Notes under the pieces: model-generated
Seen by the model: only the letters and a program-made list of their open reading frames with translations
Database searches by the model: none
Told to the model about the DNA's origin: nothing
Made by a program: the position numbers and the translations under genes
Source: Geobacteraceae bacterium
GTDB lineage: Bacteria; Desulfobacterota; Desulfuromonadia; Geobacterales; Geobacteraceae
Length of the DNA: 64,000 nucleotides
NCBI GenBank assembly: GCA_035686205.1
Contig: DASRZQ010000043.1
Span: forward strand, 4,998-68,997
Direction: 5' to 3'
Shown: one piece after another, positions 29,734 to 38,384 of the stretch
How positions within the stretch are numbered: position 1 is the stretch's first letter
How the letters are laid out: each line of letters starts with the position of its first letter

Positions 29734-30764
29734 GTCAGAACCCCCTTCGGAACCTGCATTGTCACGCAATGCAGCGATCCGTGTTGCAGTATCAGCGGCA
29801 GGCAGTCCACCCCGATAACAGAACGCCCCGGGTACACATCGCGTATTATATCGAGTGCCGCTCCATCCGCCTTATCCCGGTAGGTAGGCACGAGCACCGC
29901 GCCGTTAATGACGAGAAAATTTGCGTATGTCGCCGGAAGTCTTTCTCCGTCGTCGTCAAATACCGGTGAAGGCAAAGGGATAGATTCAATGCGGTATCGT
30001 GACCCGTCCCTTGTTCTGAAGGCATGAAGCTCGTTTTCCATGTTCAGAAATGCCTGATAATGCTCATCACCGGTGTCATCGGTTTTTATATGCAGAATGG
30101 TGTTGTGGGGACAAAGCCGCGCCAGCGTGTCTATATGTGAATCGGTATCGTCTCCGGCCAGAAATCCGTGGTTAAGCCAAAGAAAATGGTCTGCCCCGAA
30201 ATACTCCGAGAACCGGGCCTCTATCCCGTCTTTGTCCAGGTGAGGATTCCGGTTCGGGCTGAGAAGACATTGCGCGGTGGTAAGCATCGTACCCTGCCCG
30301 TCGCTTTCGATGCTACCCCCCTCCAGGACCATATCGGCCTTCAGAAGTGGTGTCGACCCGAAAACGCCGGCCTTGTGGAGCCGGGAAGTTACTAGGTTAT
30401 CTTTATCCGCCGCGAATTTGAGTCCCCAGCCGTTGAATCCGAAATCCAGAAGAAGCGGCGTCTCGTTTTCCAGAACGGTGATCGGCCCGAAGTCGCGCGA
30501 CCAGGTGTCGTTCGTTTCCAGTCGAATGATCCTGATCCTGTCCTGTTCCGCGGATGTTCTTTCAAGTACCAGTCTCACCGCATCCGGGTCGGGAGCAACA
30601 ACAATAACCTGTTCAAATTTGCTCACATGTGCAGTTATTTCGGCAAATACCGGTTCCACCAGGGATAGAACAGGTCGCCAGTCGCTGAACCCGTGAGGCC
30701 AGGCAATGATGATCCCGTCCTGGTCTTCCCATTCGGCAGGTAATCTTCTATTAAGGTTTAACAT
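29730..30764 (-). CDS. aguA: agmatine deiminase
   Basis: LPAEWEDQDGIIIAWPH N-terminus and C-terminal catalytic Cys motif GSLHCVTMQ. ATG 30764 (MLNLNRRLPAEWE) is preferred over the listed 30881. Confidence 0.9.
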   Translation of the reverse strand: MLNLNRRLPAEWEDQDGIIIAWPHGFSDWRPVLSLVEPVFAEITAHVSKFEQVIVVAPDPDAVRLVLERTSAEQDRIRIIRLETNDTWSRDFGPITVLENETPLLLDFGFNGWGLKFAADKDNLVTSRLHKAGVFGSTPLLKADMVLEGGSIESDGQGTMLTTAQCLLSPNRNPHLDKDGIEARFSEYFGADHFLWLNHGFLAGDDTDSHIDTLARLCPHNTILHIKTDDTGDEHYQAFLNMENELHAFRTRDGSRYRIESIPLPSPVFDDDGERLPATYANFLVINGAVLVPTYRDKADGAALDIIRDVYPGRSVIGVDCLPLILQHGSLHCVTMQVPKGVLT

Positions 30765-31168
30765 ATTGACCGGAAAGAATAAGTTGAGATAGCTGAACGA
30801 ACACCACTGCGGCTGCTGGGAAATTTGGAGCTTGTCGTTAAATAAGCAAGCAGGTCCTGCATCCCGTCTTCCGCCTGCCAAAGTTGTACGGCGCGCAGGT
30901 CACGCCGTCTTTGACCTGTCCTCAATCGTCCAGGCCAAACCGGCATAAATCCGGGCGCGGTCCTTCGAAACGTTATTTGCAAACAAGCTCTTAATGGCCG
31001 GAACGTGACGATTACATTCATATTTATATAGCATACAGGTTTTGAAAACTGAATCTAAATATTTACATTAAAATGCTAAAGAATGAGTGGATAGCCACCG
31101 AATAGAATAATTGAAGCACAATGTGCCGGAGGGGTTTTATATTTAGGAAGAAAAACGTTGAATTTGCT

Positions 31169-31184
31169 TGGCAGGATAATTGCT
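31169..31184 (+). promoter_or_regulatory. sigma54 (-24/-12) promoter candidate upstream of the PAS histidine kinase
   Basis: TGGCAG-GATAA-TTGCT against consensus TGGCAC-N5-TTGCW, with correct GG-N10-GC spacing. About 134 nt upstream of ATG 31317. Confidence 0.6.
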
Positions 31185-31316
31185 CAACACATTTGATTTA
31201 GTGAAAGAGATTCAGCCTTTGAAAACGGCCATAATTTACCGGGCCTGACGACGAAATAATCAGTCCACGTCATTTTATCCAAATTGAAAACAGCGGACAA
31301 AGGGGAATTGAGAGTG

Positions 31317-32393
31317 ATGGCTAAACTTCTTGCAGCTGCCGGTACGGGTGAAAATCTTTACTACTTCAATGCAATGGAAACCATGCCGATGAGCGAGACT
31401 CTTGTTGATAATTTGTCGGTTGGCGTCATTTTTACCGACAGGACCGGAATTTTGACATACCTTAACAAAAAGGCCGAGCTTATTTTCCAGATAGACAAAA
31501 AAACGGTAATCGGCAAGCGTATTGATATGCTTCCTCTAAAGACAACGATATACAAGGCGATGAGCGAAAATTGCCGCGATTGCCCGGTGGAAATGAATAT
31601 CCTGGGAAGAGGAGTGATCATTAAATCTACGGAGGTCAGGAACTCCGATGGATGGATATTGGGAGAAATAACGGAACTGCGCGATGTAACGGCTGAAAAA
31701 AAGGAAAAGCGGCAGAGGGAGGAATTTGTGGCGATGATGACCCATGACCTCAAATCGCCGCTTATGGTGATGCTGGGTCATGTGCAGGCCATGAAGCTTG
31801 GTCTGTACGGCGACATCGATCACCAGTTCCGGTCTTCTATCGAAGAAATAGAACGCAGCGGCCTCAATCTCGGCTCGATGCTTGAAAACGTGCTTGATAT
31901 TTATCGCCTGGAAACCGGGTTGATCCGTATAGACAGGAAGTTGACCGATATAGGGGGAATCCTTGAGAGCTGCCGACGTGATTTCATGCTGCAAGCCGAA
32001 GATGGCGGTATCGAGCTGAATCTTGACGTAGAGGAATCGATAACTCAAGTTTTTATGGACGGCAAGCAATTGAAAAGGGTTTTTGCGAATCTGTTGGGAA
32101 ATGCGATCAAGTTCACCCCCAGAGGCGGCAGGGTTTCCGTCGAGGCAGGGATGAATGGGGAAATGCTTCACGTTACAGTAAAAGATACGGGCATTGGCAT
32201 CCCGGAGAAAGATATATCAAGGGTGTTCAATAAATACTTCCGGTCGGGCAATGCCTCGGGCTTCAAGGGAACCGGCCTGGGCCTCGCCATTAGCAAGGCA
32301 ATCGTCGAGGCGCACGGGGGGATAATTGAAGTGGAAAGCATACAGGACCTGGGCACCATTTTTATCTTGAAGATTCCCATTCATGCCTGCTGA
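31317..32393 (+). CDS. soluble PAS-domain sensor histidine kinase
   Basis: No TM segment. PAS (VGVIFTDRTGILTYLNKKAELIF), H-box EFVAMMTHDLKSPL, N-box NLLGNAIKFT, G-boxes DTGIGI and GTGLGLAI. ATG 31317 has AAAGGGGAA upstream; the listed TTG 31284 is also possible. Confidence 0.9.
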   Translation: MAKLLAAAGTGENLYYFNAMETMPMSETLVDNLSVGVIFTDRTGILTYLNKKAELIFQIDKKTVIGKRIDMLPLKTTIYKAMSENCRDCPVEMNILGRGVIIKSTEVRNSDGWILGEITELRDVTAEKKEKRQREEFVAMMTHDLKSPLMVMLGHVQAMKLGLYGDIDHQFRSSIEEIERSGLNLGSMLENVLDIYRLETGLIRIDRKLTDIGGILESCRRDFMLQAEDGGIELNLDVEESITQVFMDGKQLKRVFANLLGNAIKFTPRGGRVSVEAGMNGEMLHVTVKDTGIGIPEKDISRVFNKYFRSGNASGFKGTGLGLAISKAIVEAHGGIIEVESIQDLGTIFILKIPIHAC

Positions 32394-32486
32394 TTTCAGA
32401 AAACGAAATCCAGCCTTTCGGGTTGAATTGCGGCAGCACATAAACATGAACAGCCGAAGAGACACCACCTCTGAAACAAAAAGGGT

Positions 32487-32513
32487 TAAAGTTATTGTCG
32501 GATACCGCGATAA
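32487..32513 (+). promoter_or_regulatory. sigma28 (FliA)-type promoter candidate
   Basis: TAAAGTTA-N11-CGCGATAA against consensus TAAAGTTT-N11-GCCGATAA. Lies 47 nt upstream of ATG 32560. Confidence 0.5.
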
Positions 32514-32559
32514 GAATTTAAAAAAACAAATTATTACTTAAGAGAAAGAATTTTCAAAG

Positions 32560-32799
32560 ATGAATTATGAAAACGACAACAGAATAGACCGCGACGCGAT
32601 CAGGGGGATCGAAGACGCAGTGGATACGGCCAACATGCTGTTGCTCGATCAGTTAATACGAAATTGCGCGGCGGATCAGGAATTATTGGATTCGCATCCG
32701 GAAAACGGTAAAGCCATGAAGAAAACGGCTGAACGTGTTTTCTTCGCAACTGGAATGATCGGAAGAATGATGAGCGATTTGAGGTTCAGGGCAAATTAA
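32560..32799 (+). CDS. hypothetical 79-aa protein preceding cheY
   Basis: ORF with no motif I recognise (MNYENDNRIDRDAIRGIEDAVDTANMLLLDQLIRN...). Weak RBS. Supported mainly by its position between the sigma28-like promoter and cheY. Confidence 0.45.
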   Translation: MNYENDNRIDRDAIRGIEDAVDTANMLLLDQLIRNCAADQELLDSHPENGKAMKKTAERVFFATGMIGRMMSDLRFRAN

Positions 32800-32838
32800 G
32801 GATAAAAAAAGCAAAACAGTAAAGGGGGAAGAAAAAGA

Positions 32839-33201
32839 ATGCCTAACATTTTGATAGTAGATGATTCGTCCACCATGAGGAAAATTATTTCCCGCTCTTT
32901 GCGGCAGGCAGGCCTGGCCGTGGATGAGATATTTGAAGCAGGCGACGGCATTGAAGGGCTGAACGTTCTCGGCGGCAATAGTGTCGACCTCATTCTGTCG
33001 GATATAAATATGCCGAACATGGACGGTCTGGAATTCATAAAGCAGGTAAGGGCAAACGGCAAAACCGTTCCGATCGTGATGATAACCACGGAAGGGGGCG
33101 AAGATATTCTCAAGGAAGCAATTGCCAGCGGCGCGAGCGACAGCATCAAAAAGCCTTTCACTCCCGACCAGCTCGGTCAGAAACTTGGAGGGCTGTTATG
33201 A
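32839..33201 (+). CDS. cheY: CheY-like single-domain response regulator
   Basis: 120 aa. ILIVDDSSTMRKII, phospho-acceptor context LILSDINMPNMDGLEF, IVMITTEG, KKPFTPDQL. Strong RBS AAGGGGGAA. Confidence 0.9.
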   Translation: MPNILIVDDSSTMRKIISRSLRQAGLAVDEIFEAGDGIEGLNVLGGNSVDLILSDINMPNMDGLEFIKQVRANGKTVPIVMITTEGGEDILKEAIASGASDSIKKPFTPDQLGQKLGGLL

Positions 33202-33710
33202 CTTTGAATGAAGCCGTAATTGAATCGGTGCATCTGACGGAAGCGGAAATGGCGAAATACGTAATAGATGCGACAAAAGAAGTTTTTTCAACCATGGTGA
33301 TGATGAACGTTGATGACAGCTTCCCGCTGCGTGAGCCGGTTACGAAATTCTCCTGCAGCATCACGGGCATGGTCGGTCTCGTAGGGACGTATTCGGGTGT
33401 GCTGTCCATCCATTGTCCCCGGCCGCTTGCCCTGAAGATAACTTCGAATATGCTGGGGATGGAAGTTGAAGAAGCCGGTGAAGCCGAGGAGGACGTGAAC
33501 GACGCGCTGGGCGAGATCGCTAACATGCTCGGGGGACAGGTGAAAATGGTGCTGTCCAAGGGCGGGATGGATATGAATATTTCAATCCCCACAATCATTT
33601 CCGGGGAAGAATACACTATCAACTCAATGGCTGAAAGCGACTGTGTCATAATTCCCTTCGATACCGGTGAAGAAAAATTTCTAGTAAGCCTGAAACTGAA
33701 AAAAGAATAA
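33198..33710 (+). CDS. cheX: CheX-type CheY-P phosphatase (CheC/CheX/FliY family)
   Basis: 170 aa. Single active-site motif DALGEIANMLGG (D-x3-E-x2-N) followed by P about 22 residues later. ATGA overlap with cheY. Confidence 0.8.
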   Translation: MTLNEAVIESVHLTEAEMAKYVIDATKEVFSTMVMMNVDDSFPLREPVTKFSCSITGMVGLVGTYSGVLSIHCPRPLALKITSNMLGMEVEEAGEAEEDVNDALGEIANMLGGQVKMVLSKGGMDMNISIPTIISGEEYTINSMAESDCVIIPFDTGEEKFLVSLKLKKE

Positions 33711-33720
33711 AACATTAATT

Positions 33721-34749
33721 ATGACGGAATTCAATACACTGCAAAAACTGATAAAACAGTCCCTGCGGCAGTCGGCCGAGGAAAGCAGCATGCTCCTCGG
33801 GCAGGAGCTGACCCTGCAGGATACCGATTTCATCAATACGAACAAGATGACGTATTTCAGCGATATGGAAGACTCATCCTTTGTGGTGGACGTGGAATCG
33901 AGGGAAGATTATCCCGGCTGCTTTTATATGGTCTTTCCGCTGAGGGACGCCATTGCCATGAGCGGGATATTGCTTGGCATTCCCCCGGCAAGGATATCGG
34001 AAAAGAAGAAGCTCCTTATCCTTGAAGCGGACGATATAGATGCCTTTTCCGAAATAGCAAACCAGATAATCGGTTCTTTCAATACGGTGTTCCAGCCGGC
34101 GTTGCCCCGGAAGGTGCATCTGAAGCAGTTGCCGCCCGCGAAATTCATCCCGCAAGTCGACAAAGTCACGGAGGAAAAGCCGGTTCCGGATGGCGAGTAC
34201 CTCCTGTGCCGGACGAATATTGAACTGACGGGACATGAGATGGACCGCATCGACCTGCTCATTTCCCTCGAACTTGCAAACATGTTTGACCCCCAGCAAA
34301 CCGCGGAAACTGCTGACAGCGGTGATGAGATCGAATCCGGGGATGTCCGGACCGACGATTGCGTCCCCGTCGAATCGCAAAACCGCTCCGTTCTTATTAT
34401 CGAAGACAATGCCGAGGAACTGGCAAAAGCCGAGAAGTTGCTGGCCGAACGCGGTTTTTCAACGGTAACCGCGGCGCTCAACGCGAACATAGCCGAGCTG
34501 CTGGAGCGGCAGCCGGTCAAAGCGGTGGTGCTGGGCATCGGCAGGGGCAATGAGCGGGAGTTCTCCATCTGCAACCGCATTAATGCGGTCTGCGAACGGT
34601 ATTCGCTCCCGATAATCATGTCCGCAAGCCAATGGACCAGGACCGGCGTCCTGAAAGCCGTGAAACACGGCGCCCGCGGCATACTCATCAAACCTTACGA
34701 TGCGGACGAACTGATCGAGAAGTTGGGCAAGTTCCTGCATGCGGCGTAA
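33721..34749 (+). CDS. CheC-like domain protein with C-terminal degenerate receiver domain
   Basis: 342 aa. N-terminal CheC-like region with DAFSEIANQIIG (D-x3-E-x2-N). C-terminal REC fold (VLIIEDN..., LPIIMSAS, ILIKPYD) in which the phospho-acceptor Asp position reads VVLGIGRG (Gly). Confidence 0.75.
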   Translation: MTEFNTLQKLIKQSLRQSAEESSMLLGQELTLQDTDFINTNKMTYFSDMEDSSFVVDVESREDYPGCFYMVFPLRDAIAMSGILLGIPPARISEKKKLLILEADDIDAFSEIANQIIGSFNTVFQPALPRKVHLKQLPPAKFIPQVDKVTEEKPVPDGEYLLCRTNIELTGHEMDRIDLLISLELANMFDPQQTAETADSGDEIESGDVRTDDCVPVESQNRSVLIIEDNAEELAKAEKLLAERGFSTVTAALNANIAELLERQPVKAVVLGIGRGNEREFSICNRINAVCERYSLPIIMSASQWTRTGVLKAVKHGARGILIKPYDADELIEKLGKFLHAA

Positions 34750-35118
34750 TACCCAGTCAAAATAACGTCTTCAAACCACCAATTATTTGACTCCATTCAA
34801 AAATGCTTTCTGTACCCTACAGCTCAAAATCTGAAATTCAGCCTGGCGCAAAACAGCGTTGAACATAGCAAACAACCTATTGCAAGCTATAACGTCAGCG
34901 AAGTTGCATCAGCATTCTACTCATTCGGCTTCAGGCGTCACGAATTCAGTAATACATCGAAATATTCTTTCTGCCGACTAATGTCATTTTCCAATCCGAG
35001 TTTATCCCGCTTTTGCACGCAACTTTCACCGTACACGCCCAATTCCAAAAAACGCGATATGGCTGTTTTGAATTATTTGCTCCTTTAAGGCTCTGCGCGA
35101 GCAAATGGCTTTTGCCGG

Positions 35119-35134
35119 CGGCACGGCTTTTGCC
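35119..35134 (+). promoter_or_regulatory. sigma54 (-24/-12) promoter candidate
   Basis: CGGCAC-GGCTT-TTGCC. Lies 52 nt upstream of ATG 35186. Confidence 0.65.
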
Positions 35135-35185
35135 ATGTAACGGAATGGATAATAACGCGCCACGGAATGTGCGGAGAACCTATAC

Positions 35186-37321
35186 ATGTGCAACGGCCTA
35201 AATCAAGTAAAATCGGCATTCAACTGCCGGTCCGTTTTGCTGAAGTTCTGCTTGAGGGTATTTCCCGTCTTGTTCTGTGTCTGCTGCGCGCGAAACGCGT
35301 TGGCGGACATACGGAATTTCATGTGCAGAATCGAGGTCAAACCCGGTACGACCCATACCCGCATAGCATTCAAACTGGAAAAGGAAGGTGACTACTATCT
35401 ATCGACCCTGTCCGATAATCGACTAAGCATAACTTTTCCGGGGACATTGTCGTCGCAGTTCCGCAAGTTGCAGTCGTATTCCGATTCAAAAATCGAAAAA
35501 ATTTCTTTTCGCCGACGGAACGGCGATTTTACCGTTATTGTCGCCATGAAGGGAAAAGATACCGGTTACAGACTGATATCGCCGGTCCGGCAAAACCTCG
35601 TGACACTGGATGTGGGTACGGGTATTAAGCAATATGTTCACGAACCGGTTGCGCCTGGAAGGGAGAAAATATGGAGTGGTACGGAAAGGCTGATACGTGA
35701 ATTCGAACCGCCGGTAAGGCCTGACGTACCGTTCATACCCAGCGACGGCATACTGCTCCGGAAAATGATGCCTGGGCCGGATGTGAAGCTGTTTCTCAAT
35801 GGAGAAGCCGCGATCTACAAGGAAAAACCCTCGGAGGCCGAAGAGATTTTTCGGCGATTTATCGACAGGGAAACCCCAGTGAAAGCGATGGCTCTTTTCA
35901 GACTCGGGGAAGCGCTGTGCATGATGCAGAAATACAATGAAGCGCTTTCATTTTTTCGCGAAGGGGAAAAACTTTGTCCGGAGTACATCGTACGGAATCC
36001 GTCAGCAATTTTTTATTATGCGGACTGCCTGGCCAGGGAAGGCGATTTAGAAGCGGGACGAAAGATTTTGGCCAGACTTGTCATCGGTTTGTCGGGAACG
36101 GATCACGCGCCGTCGTTGCTGGTTCGTCTTGCCGACATGTACAGGCACGCGGGACGCGATAAAGAAGCTCTTTGCATTTACCGGAACATTGAGACCAATT
36201 TTCCCCGAACCAGGGCCTTCAACAGCGCCAGAATGAGGATGTGCGACAGGGATTTTTTCAATGTCAACAGCGTAACCTGTCAGGCGCTGATAGGTAAATA
36301 CAGGAGTATCTGCGCAACTGCATCGGATCAGGTCCTGCAGGACGAATCCATGTTCAAGGCAGCCCTGCTGGAGGCATTATACCGAACGCCAAGTGTTGCG
36401 GTTGAATCTGTTTCCGAATATGAAAAGAAATTCCCACGCGGAATTTTCAGCAATGTAGCAAAATCAATTCACGAGGATTTGCTTGTCGATCTTTTCCACG
36501 AACTGAAGGCGGAAAATGACTGTTCGGGATTGCTGGCGATGATCGGCAAAAACATGAATCGTCTGGAGAAATGCCTTGGCGAAGAAGGCTTCATCAAGTT
36601 CATTTCAAAGTGTTATGTCGAGCGGGGAATGACCCGGCAGGAACTGACACTGTTTACCCAACTGGCGGACAGTGAATGGGCGGCGGCCTCGGCCCCGTTC
36701 ATTTACAGCCGGATTCTCGATGACGCAATGGCCCTTGGAGAGAAATCGCTTGCCGAGGGCGCCGCCAGGGCATTCCTGCGAAAGTTCCCCGGGAATGAAC
36801 TGGCATGGGGAGTGACCGAGCGGCTTGGAGAGATTTGCTACACGAACGGCAATATGCGGGATACTGTCGCCGTTCTGTCGTGTCTCCTGCAAAATGGCGC
36901 GCGCATTGAACGCCCCGAAAGCCTTTATTATCTGGGGAAAGCCGAGGAGAGCCTGCACAACACGGCAGGCGCAGGGAAGGCCATGGCGTTCTTTGTCGAT
37001 CAGATCAAAAAACGCGGGGCCGATTCTCCGTTCCAGGCTGATGCGTATATGGTGATGGCATCCGCAAGACTCGCGGGAGGGGACGGGAAAGGTGCCATGT
37101 CATTGTACCGGGCCGGTTACGCGGTTTCGGGCGGTGAGTACCGGGACGCCTTTCTGTTCAAAATGGGCGATTTGTCAAGGCAGGAAGGAAATCTCGACGA
37201 GGCCCGCGACTTGTGGAAAAAAGTCGTAAAGGAAGGAAGCGACTCCCTCTGGAAAAAAATGGCTTCCGAAGAATTGGCTGATCTCGAGTGGCGTGCCAGA
37301 TGGAAATATGGCGGAAAATAA
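35186..37321 (+). CDS. secreted AMIN-domain / TPR-repeat protein heading the flagellar cluster
   Basis: 711 aa. GGAGAA lies 7 nt upstream. Signal-peptide-like N-terminus ending ALA-D. AMIN-like beta region (RIEVKPGTTHTRIAFKLEKEGDYY...FTVIVAMKGKDTGYRL). Multiple TPR-like helices follow. Confidence 0.8.
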   Translation: MCNGLNQVKSAFNCRSVLLKFCLRVFPVLFCVCCARNALADIRNFMCRIEVKPGTTHTRIAFKLEKEGDYYLSTLSDNRLSITFPGTLSSQFRKLQSYSDSKIEKISFRRRNGDFTVIVAMKGKDTGYRLISPVRQNLVTLDVGTGIKQYVHEPVAPGREKIWSGTERLIREFEPPVRPDVPFIPSDGILLRKMMPGPDVKLFLNGEAAIYKEKPSEAEEIFRRFIDRETPVKAMALFRLGEALCMMQKYNEALSFFREGEKLCPEYIVRNPSAIFYYADCLAREGDLEAGRKILARLVIGLSGTDHAPSLLVRLADMYRHAGRDKEALCIYRNIETNFPRTRAFNSARMRMCDRDFFNVNSVTCQALIGKYRSICATASDQVLQDESMFKAALLEALYRTPSVAVESVSEYEKKFPRGIFSNVAKSIHEDLLVDLFHELKAENDCSGLLAMIGKNMNRLEKCLGEEGFIKFISKCYVERGMTRQELTLFTQLADSEWAAASAPFIYSRILDDAMALGEKSLAEGAARAFLRKFPGNELAWGVTERLGEICYTNGNMRDTVAVLSCLLQNGARIERPESLYYLGKAEESLHNTAGAGKAMAFFVDQIKKRGADSPFQADAYMVMASARLAGGDGKGAMSLYRAGYAVSGGEYRDAFLFKMGDLSRQEGNLDEARDLWKKVVKEGSDSLWKKMASEELADLEWRARWKYGGK

Positions 37322-37418
37322 AGTCAAAATAATGTCGGCTGTCAAAATTATTTTTGTTCCGGCGTTAAAATATTCCGTTCCAATATAAGAACTATTCGTA
37401 ATTATTGGGAATTGGCGC

Positions 37419-37434
37419 TGGTACAGGTTTTGCT
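37419..37434 (+). promoter_or_regulatory. sigma54 (-24/-12) promoter candidate upstream of flgB
   Basis: TGGTAC-AGGTT-TTGCT. Lies 32 nt upstream of ATG 37466. Confidence 0.7.
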
Positions 37435-37465
37435 AACTATGTCGTGTAATGATCTGGAGGTTTAT

Positions 37466-37894
37466 ATGCCGGTAAACGATATTTTCGGGACGACTATCGA
37501 TCTCCTGAGCAAAAACATGGACCTGAGAATAAAAAACCAGGCAATCATCGCCGGAAATCTGGCCAACGCCGAAACGCCGGGTTTCACGCCTTCGGAGCTT
37601 TCGTTCGAGGATGAACTGAAAGAAGCAGTGAAGGGGAGAAACGTTCGAAACGGTACGCCGTCAATCACAAATCCGAGACACATTCCGCTCAGGCATTCGA
37701 AAGGCGACATTGAGGACATACAGGGGCGAATCGTCGATTCTCCGGCAAGGACCGCGGGCAAGGACGGCAACAGTGTCGAACTGGAAAATGAGATGGGCAG
37801 AATGGCCCAGAACCAGATCATGTATAACGCTTCGGTGCAGATCCTCGCAATGAAATTTGATGACCTGAAAACAGCGGTAAAAGGAGGGAACTAG
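37466..37894 (+). CDS. flgB: flagellar basal-body rod protein FlgB
   Basis: Rod N-terminal motif IAGNLANAETPGF. GGAGG lies 6 nt upstream of ATG 37466. The listed ORF start 37412 lies on the promoter. Confidence 0.9.
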   Translation: MPVNDIFGTTIDLLSKNMDLRIKNQAIIAGNLANAETPGFTPSELSFEDELKEAVKGRNVRNGTPSITNPRHIPLRHSKGDIEDIQGRIVDSPARTAGKDGNSVELENEMGRMAQNQIMYNASVQILAMKFDDLKTAVKGGN

Positions 37895-38332
37895 GTGGAT
37901 TTTTTCGATTCTATGGCTGTAAGCTCTTCCGCCATGAGCGCGGAACGCGCAAGAATGAATCTTATTTCGGGAAACCTGGCTAACGCTAGCTCGACACGAA
38001 CTCCGGAGGGCGGGCCGTACAAGCGGAAAGACGCGGTTTTTTCCGCGGTGCCGGTAAAATCGGCCTTTTCCTTGGCCATGAACCGTATGCGGTCGGCGCC
38101 TCCGGGCGGGGTGGAAATCAGCCAGGTTATAGAAGACACTTCTCCGCCGAGGCTGCAGTATGACCCGACTCATCCTGACGCCAATGCACAGGGCTTTGTC
38201 GCCATGCCCAACGTGAATGTCGTCGAGGAAATGACTGATATGATAACCGCAAGCAGGGCCTATGAGGCCAATGTCACGGCTGCCCAGGTTGCCAAGAGCA
38301 TGGCTCTGAAAACCCTTGATCTGGGCAAATAA
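37895..38332 (+). CDS. flgC: flagellar basal-body rod protein FlgC
   Basis: 145 aa with GTG start. ISGNLANASSTRTPEGGPYKRKD and C-terminal MTDMITASRAYEANV. Confidence 0.93.
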   Translation: MDFFDSMAVSSSAMSAERARMNLISGNLANASSTRTPEGGPYKRKDAVFSAVPVKSAFSLAMNRMRSAPPGGVEISQVIEDTSPPRLQYDPTHPDANAQGFVAMPNVNVVEEMTDMITASRAYEANVTAAQVAKSMALKTLDLGK

Positions 38333-38384
38333 ATAAGACGGCCGTCAACGACTGGCTGCATGCAATTCATGTTTGGAGGTTTGG

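Noticed and set aside
35013-35201. 62-aa ORF; also the 74-aa ORF 35167-35391
   Set aside because: They lie across the sigma54 promoter and 5' end of the AMIN/TPR gene. They have no RBS and an odd composition, and the long 711-aa frame has a good RBS and domain content.
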